64,000 bases of DNA from Tetramitus jugosus (Eukaryota; Protista; Heterolobosea): positions 1 to 64,000 of the forward strand of contig OW569347.1 in the NCBI GenBank assembly GCA_937625935.1, in the 5' to 3' direction. This document shows positions 11,679 through 23,100 of the stretch, piece by piece (position 1 is the stretch's first letter; each line of letters opens with the position of its first letter). The translations under genes were made by a program, and so were the position numbers. A model generated the notes under the pieces. The model made no database searches. It saw only the letters and a program-made list of their open reading frames with translations, and was not told where the DNA came from.

Positions 11679-12609
11679 ACCTCTACGCGTAAATATTGTT
11701 GTTTGTGCAGTTTTGGCAGGATTCGTGCAACGATCCGGAAATTCCTTGCACCCACCGGAATGTTGACTCGATCTTGGATGTATTGAGCAAAAATAACACC
11801 GGAATACAATAAAAATCCAATTGTGCAACTACTGCAGCATTATTTAACCAGAAAGTTGTTGGACACAACTTCAAACAACAAGATTTTGAAGAAGACCAGC
11901 GAGGAATTGGAGTTAGAAGACAGTGATCCAGACAAAGATAAATTCCCTAACTCCTGGATTATACTTGGAGACAGTGCCTATGTGGGCGGAAAGAAGTTGT
12001 TGAGGACTGTTTCAGTGACAAAGAGGAAGCTCCAAAGAATTAACGATGAACGATTGTATAATCAAGCCATATCATGTGATCGGGTGAAAATTTTTACGGG
12101 AGGATGTTGAATTTGTTTGGCGTCATGAGAATGACATACAGATATGATCATCCCAGTACGATAATTTGTTTAAGATATGTGCGGCACTTACTAACTGGCA
12201 TATGTTGAAAATGCCTCTGAAAGAAGAAGATGGCGGATACCACAAGAGTAAAATAATAGAATTGATTGACAAGGCGAAGCAGAGAGAACAGACTCTCCGG
12301 AAATCTCGTGAGAAGTACCAGAAGAAGCAGAAGAACAGAAAACGTTGTCGAAGTCTGTTGGAAGAAATCACCAGTTGACAGACACAACAGACCTGGTTGC
12401 CCAGTCGGTTGATCGGTGCGAGGCAAATCACCTTTTGTAAGCTCTTGATGTTGTTGGGCAACCTCCTAGACAGGGGCGCCCCTGTTACAACTATTGCGCA
12501 ACGAGTTTCTCTTTTTTTGCCACAAGTAATTTTGGCAGTGAGAAAATACCGGGAAAATAAAGCCAACTGACAAGAAACCAATTCAACTCACAACTACGCG
12601 TAAAGGTCT
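11677..12609 (+). mobile_element. Internally deleted PIF/Harbinger-group (PHIS, DDE_Tnp_4-like) DNA transposon
   Basis: 15-bp TIRs AGACCTCTACGCGTA / TACGCGTAAAGGTCT (1 mismatch); AAT TSD at 11674-11676 and 12610-12612; transposase remnant WIILGDSAYVG...NQAISCDRVKI...FKICAALTNWH with frameshifts. Confidence 0.85.
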
Positions 12610-12611
12610 AA

Positions 12612-13527
12612 TCACTCACTTTTGATGATACCCAAATACTTTTGCTTCTGATCCTCATCAGGGGTCAATATGCCGTACCAACGACCCGCCACTGTTTTCT
12701 TATTACAGTATCCAATTAGCGCTTTCAGCAGCATATCTGCACAATCCAAATCATCATCTGAAAGCCTCATACGCTCTTCGACATCCACTTTTTCTTCAAA
12801 CACTAAGCATAACTCATTATTTTCATATTATACTTTAAGACCCAGAATTTTTCGAGCAGCGGGTATGAAATGAGCATATAGATCCTTACGTAGCAATACC
12901 ATCTTCTCTCTGATGTCCTTTTTTGCTTTGGTATCCTCTAATGTTTTTGGATATTTTTGGTTATAGCCGGTATATACTCTAGATATCTGTTCTTTTTCTG
13001 TTGCTGTTGTAAACGCATTGAGTAACGCTTCTGGATTAGTGTTGTAAGCAAATTACATGAGCCGCAAACGCATTGCGCATAACGCTGACAACATTCAAAG
13101 CTTGTGTTGTCAAACCGACTTCAGTTAATTCTTGTACAAACTGAGAATCTAGTAAAAGCGAGTTTACCTTTTCTTTTGAGATGAATGTATCGAAAACATG
13201 GTATAACTGTAAACAAGCAATTCGATGAAAAGACTTGAAAAACAGTTTGGGATCACTGGTGTCAGAAAGAAGTGTTACTAAATACTAGGTTGTATTAGCC
13301 AAGGCTTGTTTCGAATGGGCAATTGCGAAATAACTATAATGCTGCTTTTTCATCTGCTTCTCTTTGTCCTTCAGTTCCTGTATCAACATGTCAGCATATC
13401 GCAGTTGCTCTTCGTTGTTTACAGATTGTCCACGCCATAATTTCACATTGGCACTGGAAAACGATGGGTTTTGGAGGATAGTATTAATAACTTGTTGTTG
13501 GTCACTCGAGAGGTTGTGTGTTGCCAT
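12612..13527 (-). pseudogene. Interrupted ~300-codon gene with a HEPN-like RNxxxAH motif
   Basis: The frame from ATG 13527 reads through TAG 13285-13287 to VMRNAFAAH (13083-13057); a frameshift near 13050 and an in-frame TAA (12828-12830) lead into ORF 12612-12803. Confidence 0.45.
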
Positions 13528-13582
13528 TGTTTGTTGTTTGTTGTTTGTGTTGAAGAGGACTCCTTTTATATCTATACCCATC

Positions 13583-13616
13583 ACAGAAGTCTATTTTTAA
13601 TCGACATCCGTCTAGT
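13583..13616. promoter_or_regulatory. Shared intergenic motif, copy 2
   Basis: ACAGAAGTCTATTTTTAATCGACATCCGTCTAGT versus ACAGAGGTTTATTTTTAATCGACATCCGACTGGT at 7483-7516. Confidence 0.65.
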
Positions 13617-13737
13617 GGTCTTTCAATGATAGGCCTGTGAGTCTTCCAATCTCGGACGTGGGTAGAGCGAAAAATGGTGAAAACGTTGTTGTAAAGGGAA
13701 AACTCAGCTGAAAATAACTCATCCAAAGAAAAAAAAG

Positions 13738-14783
13738 ATGGATGAACAATACGCCAAACTATGGGAAGAACTTGACTTCAACCGCAAGAAGTATTGGAAC
13801 GAAAGAGACTCAGCTTGGGCAAAGCATAACACGACTGTAGTCGGTACCACAGCTGCGAAAGTTGTAGGTAATGCTTTAACTGGTGCAGGTGTGCTTGGCT
13901 CTTTATTCCTCAAATCAGTAAGTCCATGGAGTGCTCTATTCGTTGCTTCGTGTGCTGTCACAACTGCGTTCTTTACTTTTTTGAGTGAAGAAGACCACGA
14001 AGCGAAGAGTATTCAATGTAACCAAGTTGCAAATCAATATGATGCACTGCGTCGTGAAGTTCAATTTACTGCTTGGCGTCTGCACAAATACAAGGACGAC
14101 GAGGTTCGTAAGAAGTTCCAAAACTTCAACAAATAGATGTCAGAAATCAATGGTCCTGTTCCATCATCAGAAGCAGAGGAAATGGCGAAGAAATCAATCG
14201 CTAAAAGTCATACTGAGTACCGTACTGGCAAAATCATGAGTAGTCTTCCTGATAAAGAGATTATTCAAAAAGAGATGGATAATTTGATTGAGGATGCTGA
14301 GTGCAGCGAGGAACTTTATGAATTTAACACAAACACATTGAAATGGAATGCTTCTTTTCCCCTCGCGTACTTACCATTGAATCTATTATAAGTTTATCAC
14401 AGGTACAGCCAGAGTTTCTGCCATTTTTTTCAATTTGGCAACAGCAGGATCTGTCTACGCTCAATTCACTAATGTTTTGACGCCTATGACCAAATTATAC
14501 TGAATTCTGTGCTATTGTAGCAAATGCAATTTCACACAGAAGATATGATTCAGATGCTGCAAGAAGTGATGCTACCAGGAGAGAATACAAGAGTTTTATT
14601 TTCAAGGCGAATTCCTTTGATCAATCACAAGACTTCAATGAAGCATCCAATATCGTAAGAGAGCTTCAAAAAGAATTGGTGCAGATTAACACTCGTAGTC
14701 CACCTCTGTACTATGAAGATACATGGGAAAGAGTGCAAGAAAAGAAGCGACTGGAAAGAGAGCAAGAAAAGAAGTCATCATAG
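13738..14783 (+). pseudogene. Tandem SLATT-like (2TM) domain protein, interrupted
   Basis: Two TM helices then EAKSIQCNQVANQYDALRRE; reads through TAG 14134-14136 into INGPVPSSEAEEMAKKSI. A second frameshifted unit ends AARSDATRREYKSF...QINTRSPPLYYEDTW. Confidence 0.5.
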
Positions 14784-15589
14784 TTTCCCATTGATTGTGT
14801 AGTGAATAAAATTAGTTTACAAAAAAACACATTCAACAAAACAAGATGAAACTGCAAGATGTGTAGAACAAATTTCTCAGACCCCCTCCCTCGGGGGCCG
14901 TAAGAAATAATATCTGGACGCTCCCAATAGAGAATGATAAAAGCAGACATAATTGTTGTCCTAGATAAAATTTTGATCTTTGTTGAACAGAATCATATGA
15001 TTGCTGAACCTACCTGAAGCATCTCGAACCATTTGATACACAAAAAGTAGATGTTTCTTCGATGATTGAATGAATGCTGTAAAAATCGATACGAAATCTT
15101 CAGGTTGACTCTTGAAGTATGCGATCATCACTGTTAAGAAGCATTGGAACAACAGAGCAAGTTGCCATTTGATTGATATCACGAATCTTTTGGCATTATC
15201 TCTATTTGTCAGAGCATTTCGATAGCTCTTTGTCGTGCTTTCTTCCGGGATTTGGAACTAGGGTAGGGTCCCCACATTTATCACATAGCATATCCAAAGT
15301 GGAGTTATCATATTCTCTTTCTTGAATCATGCGATTAGCTTTCTCGATAATATGGTTGAGTTCTTGATTCCCAGTCCTTTTGTTTCGTGTTGATATTAAA
15401 GGCCGAGAGACTTCGAATTTTCTCCCGAATCTTCATCATCCTGCTCTACTTTCTCTTTCTTTTAACTCTATCATTCTCTACTTGATATTGAGTGCAATCC
15501 TAATACACACAATTGTTTGAAAAGCCTCTTCCAAGTATTCAAGTATTCGAACAAATGAATTGCAGTGTGGATCGTATAATATTCTTGTC

Positions 15590-16826
15590 ACCCTATTGTA
15601 CTGACAGAGTACAAACGTTTATGTTGATTGTTATGTATGATCCAGTAAACAGTGAATAGTAACTCAATAGAAGGAGGAGGATGGATGTGTGGTGTGGTGA
15701 GTGAACTCGGTAAGGGTTCAGACACAGATAGAAGAGTATAGCAACCAAATAATTGAGGTGAGAAAGTGATTTTCGTTTGCTAGGGTTTTGTCAGCTTGAT
15801 CGATCTTCAGTCAACCGACTAGAACTTGCTCCGTAAAAATAGGTTGTTTACAAAGATTCAGTGCAACTTTGCCCAGAGCGATTTTATCTCCCTATCTCAT
15901 TGTGGTATTGTTGATAGTTGGTTCAAAAACGATAGCACAGTATGGAAATTTCCACGGTTGGAATCATTGGATTCCTCGTCATTTGAACTAAAAGACTCAC
16001 CTATCATCAATTCTAGTAGCACCATAATAGATTCCTCTCTCATGATCGAAAGCACCCAGAGCTTCAACTACACCAGGCAACTCAGATTTAAATTCATTCA
16101 GTTTTCCAGTTTTCAAATCCAGTTTTGCAAAAAGTACATTGTTAGCATGTTGAGTGCAAGCGTAGAGAATATTGGAATGACCATCGACTGCCAAACCTGT
16201 CACACGTGTTGGTACTGGATAAGTTTTCTGCAATTTACGATGAGTCATATTGAACTGAGAAATCGCACCATTTTCAACACTTGTCGTGTAATACATATGA
16301 TTAATGGCATCATAAGCTGTTCTGTGGAAACGTCCTTGAAAGTCCAACAACAAATTAGGTTTGCCATTCTCAATATCGAACTCAACGAATGCATATTTAT
16401 CACCACCTCCTCTACCTACTATTCCAATCAATTTGTTTAAACAAATGGAGATCTGCAATTTGTAACTGGTTGACAATAGGAATCGATTTGATCACAGTCA
16501 GACTATCAACATCGATTGAATAAATGTTTTCGTTGTCTCTTGCGTAAATGGTACGTGTAGCCTCATCCAGACTCATGCCAATAGTGTTTGCCAAATTGCC
16601 ATTGGTTTTAATGAATGAACCAGTCTCGATATCCACTGGCATTAAGATATTCTGTAGATATTCCCTATTTCTAGCAAACAAGAATGAGCCAACACTTTCC
16701 TTATTATTCTTACTTTGTCCCTTGATACCACCACTACGAATTCTTGCCCCATTTGCTGAGTGCATCAACAATACAAGCACCACAGAGAACAAGATGAAAC
16801 TGTTAAAGAGATTTTGAAGCTCTACA
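15590..16826 (-). pseudogene. Secreted beta-propeller-like protein, frameshifted and degenerate
   Basis: ORFs 16412-16792 (signal peptide) and 15997-16476 join by a frameshift near 16440; the downstream segment has in-frame stops; distal boundary approximate. Confidence 0.45.
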
Positions 16827-17074
16827 TCATATTTTAGTTATTTTAGTGATGATAAGTTATCTTGTTTGTTTTTGCTTCACTTTTTATATGAAAGGCAAAT
16901 ACAAAACCGGAAATTCTTATTCCAATTGCGCTCTGCTTCTCCGTTTCTCCTCCTGGGAGTTTGCCAGAAGTTGATTCCAAGACCAAATTGGAATTCAAAT
17001 GTTGGAACCCCTGGGGGGCTACTGACGAACCATCCATATCCAGGTTTTAGAATTACGTCAATTTCTCCATCGAA

Positions 17075-20047
17075 CTAATACACATTAGAAACTGTGTTGA
17101 TTAGCTTGTTTCTGGAGTGCTCCAAAGCCACATTCTGCAAAAACTCCTCGATATTGGCGTCCAAGAAGCAATTGAGTGAATGATACTGCAAGTAAGGAAC
17201 TTTTCGTGCGTCCCTTTGCACCAATAGCAGAGCAGTTGTGTCATCTCGCGCTGAATCTTGTGGTGACACCAACTCATAGTTTGATTGTAAAGAATTGTGA
17301 GAACCGAAAACCATCTCTTGAATCAACTCAAGCATTTGTTCATCTTTAACCGTAATCTTAACTCTCTGAGCCAGTATGTATCCATACAAGCACCATTGTA
17401 TGTTGCTTGGTTCTTCATCCGAATAATTGCCACCACACAATGTCAATTCTACCTTATCTGTCGAAATCTTGGTTACTTCATACACATAGGCGACTGATGG
17501 GGAATCATGCCACAAACATGGCAGTGAAGGAACATCGATATCCTCCCGATCCACCATAATTTTCATTCCAATATCAGGATGTATTTGCAAGCCTGCAGAG
17601 TGTAACTCGATAATATGACGACCAATTTGGGCACACTTAATTGTTAGGCCTCTTGCTCGAGTAGACCTGGAAGAAAATCCACTACATGCCACAATGCTAT
17701 CATATTCATCATCGTAGGCTGTTTGACCGCAGAAATCAAACTCGTTTTCCTCGAGAACCCTTTGAATAGTGTTAACCAATTGGAAGTTGAACAATTTCCC
17801 ACTACTTTTCATTTCATAAATGAGCTCAAGCAGAGAGCTGGATCCATTGCGACGAAGTCCATCGTTCTGATCCATGACACAACGCAGGTACAATCCTTTA
17901 TCTAAATCATCAACAACATCCACGAAAGTACCCAGATGCTTTGATTCTAAATCGCTCGTAATTTCATCAATAATAACAGAGGATGTATGACAATGTTGAG
18001 CCAACAACTTGGATAACTTGAACAAGGTTGTGGTAGCAATGGTCGTCCCACCTCCGAGAGGTACTCGATTTACATCGTAAGATGTTCGCACGTTCCTGGA
18101 ATGTATGATGATATCCACATGTTTCAATGATCCCACCTTAGTCGCAGGTAGAATTACATTGTTGAATAATTTCAGGAGCAATGGACAACTAATGTCAAAT
18201 AGAGGAATCCTACGAGAATTATTAACGGAAAGATGTGTTTTTTCAACTTGATTAACAACAACACTCTGCAATAATTCAGTATCACATCCAACAACGATTA
18301 TGAGCTGCAAAGTTTCAATGTCCTTCAATAATCTACTCCATGACACAGTATTAATCTCATTCGAATCCAATATAATATTACAGTCATTAATCGTCATTTG
18401 ATTGAAACCAGTGTAGTCGAGACCTGACGATCTTCTTTCTTCTTGTCTCACGTTAGTAATTTGATTTCTCTCTAATCGAATATTGTCTCTTGCCTTAAGA
18501 TAGCTTTCGTCATATTGCAAATTCTCACGATTGAATTTGCGGACAATGTCTAGATACTCGTCGAGCACCTTCTCTTTCATCTTGCATCGCATAGTTATAT
18601 CTGAATTAAATAGCTTATGATTATCCGAATTGGATCCCTTTTTGTCCTGAACGTTCCTTTGGCTATCATGAGAACCATAACTGTAGGCTCCCAAGTGATT
18701 CCCTTCGTTTTTGCAACCGGCCGTACACAAAAAGAACAGCTTTTTGTCACACTCGGAACATGTTGTAGAAGCTTTCTTGCTGTTGGTGCCATCTCCTCTT
18801 CGTTTAGAACATTTTGATGCGATCATGAGATAATTTTTGCACGCGTCATTCAAGCAAAATACAACTAGCTTAGGTGGCAATTTAGCTCTGGGCTTGGATT
18901 CGGAGTTGGTTACAGGCTTGCGGTAAGGCCCATTTTCGCCCTTATTTGAACGAGTCTTTCTCACTTTACCACCTGAAGTGTTAGCTGTACTACTCAGATT
19001 ACTATGAACAGGAGAATGAGACTCCATCTGTTGCTGTTGTGAACAGTTATTGTTTAGTGTGTGGTTCATGTCGTAGTGATGAGGAGAAATTGAATGGGCA
19101 GACGATGGTTTCTCTTTCTCCTGGTATGAAACATCAATCACATGGTTCAACAACAATGTGTCTTTGTCACCCGACAATGAGGGAGATTGTGCGACATGCG
19201 CTTCCGGAGAGGATGGAACCATAAATGAGCCGACACCACAAGAACCAGTCTGACTTAAATCAAAAGGATAAGTAATGTTGGTGGTGTTGCTCTGAGTATT
19301 CATTGAACTCATTCCATTATAAATAAAATTATTGTCCAGCAAGGATAGATTTGATGGAGAGTAGGAGATGGGAGGTGAAAATGATGTTGCAGGCACATGA
19401 GTTGGTGAGGAATAGGGCTGTACTACAGCTTGTTGTAAATTGGACGGTTGTTGTGGATAATGTTGATTTGACTGCTGCTGTTGCAATGCTTGATAGGCAT
19501 GCAACATATTCACTTGTTGTTGATAATACAAGTGTTGTGCCAACCAGTGATCATACATGTGTTGCTGTTGTTGCTGAAACAATTGTTGCTGTTGATATGA
19601 GGTCAACTGATGGTTTGTTGTTGATGGATAATAGCTTGTTTGTGTCAATTGTATATGAGGGTCATTGATGGCCATTGTTTGCTGAGCCGTGTTGCTATTG
19701 TTACTATTGTCATGAGGTGCCACATGCGTTGTAGTTGCATGATGAAAATTCGCTTGTGTAGCATGACTCATATGATGTGGAGATGGAGCGACAGTAGTAG
19801 CATATGCAGTATGATGATGATGATGGCCATCGTGACCGTTGGTTGGACTTGAACCATTTCCCATGGAGGTGTTGGCAGAATCATACGTTTCAAATGAACT
19901 GGTGAAATGTGGTGGCTCAGTGGTTGCAGATGTTGTTGTTGGAGTGGAGGGTAACAGCATTTGGTCCATGAAAAATGCATCTGAAGGGGAGCCGAGATCG
20001 AGAACCGGGTCTCCGACTTGGTCATCAGACAGGAATGTGAAACTCAT
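17075..20047 (-). CDS. 990-aa hypothetical protein; Q/H/S-rich N-terminus and central basic Cys-rich segment (possible transcription factor)
   Basis: Long intact single-exon ORF; FCLNDAC...KCSK...TCSECDK...LCTAGC cluster. Confidence 0.7.
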   Translation of the reverse strand: MSFTFLSDDQVGDPVLDLGSPSDAFFMDQMLLPSTPTTTSATTEPPHFTSSFETYDSANTSMGNGSSPTNGHDGHHHHHTAYATTVAPSPHHMSHATQANFHHATTTHVAPHDNSNNSNTAQQTMAINDPHIQLTQTSYYPSTTNHQLTSYQQQQLFQQQQQHMYDHWLAQHLYYQQQVNMLHAYQALQQQQSNQHYPQQPSNLQQAVVQPYSSPTHVPATSFSPPISYSPSNLSLLDNNFIYNGMSSMNTQSNTTNITYPFDLSQTGSCGVGSFMVPSSPEAHVAQSPSLSGDKDTLLLNHVIDVSYQEKEKPSSAHSISPHHYDMNHTLNNNCSQQQQMESHSPVHSNLSSTANTSGGKVRKTRSNKGENGPYRKPVTNSESKPRAKLPPKLVVFCLNDACKNYLMIASKCSKRRGDGTNSKKASTTCSECDKKLFFLCTAGCKNEGNHLGAYSYGSHDSQRNVQDKKGSNSDNHKLFNSDITMRCKMKEKVLDEYLDIVRKFNRENLQYDESYLKARDNIRLERNQITNVRQEERRSSGLDYTGFNQMTINDCNIILDSNEINTVSWSRLLKDIETLQLIIVVGCDTELLQSVVVNQVEKTHLSVNNSRRIPLFDISCPLLLKLFNNVILPATKVGSLKHVDIIIHSRNVRTSYDVNRVPLGGGTTIATTTLFKLSKLLAQHCHTSSVIIDEITSDLESKHLGTFVDVVDDLDKGLYLRCVMDQNDGLRRNGSSSLLELIYEMKSSGKLFNFQLVNTIQRVLEENEFDFCGQTAYDDEYDSIVACSGFSSRSTRARGLTIKCAQIGRHIIELHSAGLQIHPDIGMKIMVDREDIDVPSLPCLWHDSPSVAYVYEVTKISTDKVELTLCGGNYSDEEPSNIQWCLYGYILAQRVKITVKDEQMLELIQEMVFGSHNSLQSNYELVSPQDSARDDTTALLLVQRDARKVPYLQYHSLNCFLDANIEEFLQNVALEHSRNKLINTVSNVY

Positions 20048-20197
20048 TAATGTGAATCAGATTAGAAAAATATGTGTAGTGTTTCGATTTGTTTTTGTTG
20101 GTTGTTTCTACTTTCGTGTTCGATAATTCAGGGCTTTTATTTCTGCAAGAACGACCGGAGAAACTAGTTTTCTGCAGGTTGTCTGAGGTTTGTCACA

Positions 20198-23100
20198 TCA
20201 ATTGGGATCTGTAGCTTCGCCCAAAAGAAGTAAAACACCATCGAAAGTGGGTCTCAAGGAAGGATCTGTATGCCAACAAGCAACCATCACCTTAGTTAAT
20301 GACTTCATAATTCTGGTTGGCACAGTGTGCAATGTATGAGAGCACCAAGCTTCTAGCTTGCTTTCATCGAAGGGTATCCTGTCGATTTTGCATGTGCTTA
20401 TATCAGCTTTGCTGTCAACGAATGGGATCGATGGTCTTTTTCCGTTCAAGATTTCATGAGCCAGCAGCAGCATGTTACAATGATCCCGAGCGAATGGAAC
20501 AACTTCAAACAATACCTGATACATCACCATTGCGAAGGAATAAACATCAACTTGAGGTCCATATTGGACGTTATTTCGACTGATAACCTCAGGTGCCATA
20601 TACTATGTTTACTGAAATGTTAAGAAATGAACAAACAAAAAGACAATAAAGCAATAATACGAACCTGGAATGTTCCTACAAATCCTGTGAGTTTACTCTC
20701 ACGGTCCACACTCGTCGATAAGCCAAAGTCACTAAATGGAGACAAGTCGAGAACTATGTGAGTAATTATGTGTTAACAAAGATTTCATCAAACAATCACA
20801 TACCCAATTTTTACATTCATATCCTCATCCAATAGTATATTTTGTGGCTATGAGAGATTTGTGTGTTAGTACATTGTTGACTGCTGATACACTTGAAATT
20901 GTTACAGTGTGACTCTTCATCATACCTTCAAATCCCTATGTATGATAGGAGGGTTATGAGTGTGCAAATATGCCATTCCTTTACATATTTGTTTCAATAT
21001 AACCACTTTTCTATCCATGCTCAATGTAAACTTTCCGAGCAAATGGCCGTCCAATGATCCCCTGTCAAGCAATTCAGTGATGATGAAGTTGAACCCCTCA
21101 TGCACACATATTCCAAGAAACCACAAAATGTTTGAGCTACGAAAAGTGATAACAAAAGTTTTGAATCAGTTTGAATATCATCAAAAATAATGGTTCTCAA
21201 CCTACATACTTTTTCAATGATATTAGTAATTGAGCTTCAGCGATGAACTCTGCTGAATTTTCTTCATACTGAAGTTTCATTTTCTTAATGGCGACGGGTA
21301 TATTGGTTCTCCACATTCCCCTATGTTCAAGAGAGTTAGCACATGCACATTAAGTAACGGAAGGATCCTAATTCATACCTGTACACGACTCCTGCAGCAC
21401 CTTCGCTTATCTTTGAGATTATTTTTATATCTTCGTAATTAATCATCCATTTCTTTGCTTGATTGGCAGGACTGAGTTCAAACTCGTTTTCGAGCAATAT
21501 CTGTTGCATTTGACTCTGCTCTACGCTCTTAATTCGGAGAATATGACGCAAATAAATCAGTAAACCAATACTAACTAGCAAAGCTAATCCAAGCACCACA
21601 ACTGCTGTTATAGAGAGAGAAAGATACAAGGCTTTCCTGTCCTTCTTCTTTACTCTAGGAAATCGTGGAGTTTTGAAAACTAATAGTTCAGATGAATCCA
21701 GTAAAGAATTGCTAGAGGTTACACCGAGAACAGTGTTATTGCTCAAGAAGGATACAGCTGAGAAACGGGCACCATTTGATTGAAACTTGCTGACATCTCC
21801 AGTTTCCAAATCATATTGAGCAATAACGGTACCACAGGTTACGTAGAAATACTTTGTTGATTCATCCATAAACAAATTTCTACATGAACAACGACAGGTG
21901 TTAAAATTAGAACCAAATTGAATCATACAAATATGACACATACTTGCAGAGATAATTCAATTTAAAATCCAGTAATTGTATCTTCTTTGTTTGCCTGTTG
22001 AACTTGTAAAGGTTGTTCGCATACTCTCCTTGTTCGTTCCTAAAACTAAATAGTAGGTAAATGTCTGCTTTTTGGATGTAAGTTGGAACAATGAGGTTAC
22101 GTTTCTCAGCACCGAGATCTCCGAGACTCAATACCTCTGTTCGCATCTTTGTTTGCAAATTATACTCTACTATAAAATCTAGAAAAATACTGTAATTAGT
22201 ATGTGTATGAAGAATCAAACTTCCAAATGACATACATTGGTTATTCTCCTTTGCCAAAAGACCAATTAAGTCGTGATTATTATCAAAAAAGCCTAAAGAA
22301 CTGAGTATTTGTGTTTGAGACGCCTCAAAACTCCAAGTTCTCATGCTCGCGTTATGAATGTTCGAGTAAGGATACTCAATAATTTCGTATTGCCTCAAGG
22401 AGGCTTCTGGGTTGACTTCTGAAAAAAGAAGTGTGAATAAATGTGAATATCAATACTCGTCAAATTGTTACATACGAATTGCACTATAGAAGGCACTCTT
22501 CTTCAGAGAGTCTAAGCTAAACACAAATTCCACTTTTTCCAGCTGCGGATCGTCAGTAAAAAGAGCAGAGAAAGAACAAGAAGAGAGTGAAGAAATCAAC
22601 ATACATAATACTTTGAGAGACACTTAATATTAATTTGACAAAACTGGCTAGAAAAATACGACCCCGATGTACCAAGTACAGGCCCCACGCTGAAATAGAA
22701 ACTACCTCCCTTTGTATGCAATAGTTGAATTGTGTCTCCAATGACTACTAGTTCAATTGCTCTTGAATTTTGGGTGACCATGTGATTGTTCGATACTGAT
22801 ATCTCAACATCCGTGATGAAACCAACGCTAATGTCATCAGCATGAAATGAGCTAATATATCGAGCGGAAATTAATTGATCTGAACTTGACAACACAATAA
22901 AATCTCTGACAGCTTCAGGAGCTGTAGGCCTAAGTCATGTGTCAATGATGATCTTACATATTAATCAATTCGATAATAATATACATACAAATTCTGAATT
23001 GCAAGCGCCTCTCCAGACATCACGGATATCGAACTGTATTCACTCCAGTATTGCGCCTTCACGCCTTGGTCGCTTTCGTCTCTTGGAGAAAAAGTAACAA

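Noticed and set aside
14881-15290. GC-rich motifs (ACCCCCTCCCTCGGGGG; TAGGGTAGGGTCCCCAC) as the right terminus of the island
   Set aside because: No matching inverted partner or TSD was found in the window, so the boundary remains undefined.
15826-16440. 204-aa plus-strand ORF and the many other short antisense ORFs in the track
   Set aside because: Shadow frames of genes on the opposite strand, with non-ATG starts and no motifs.
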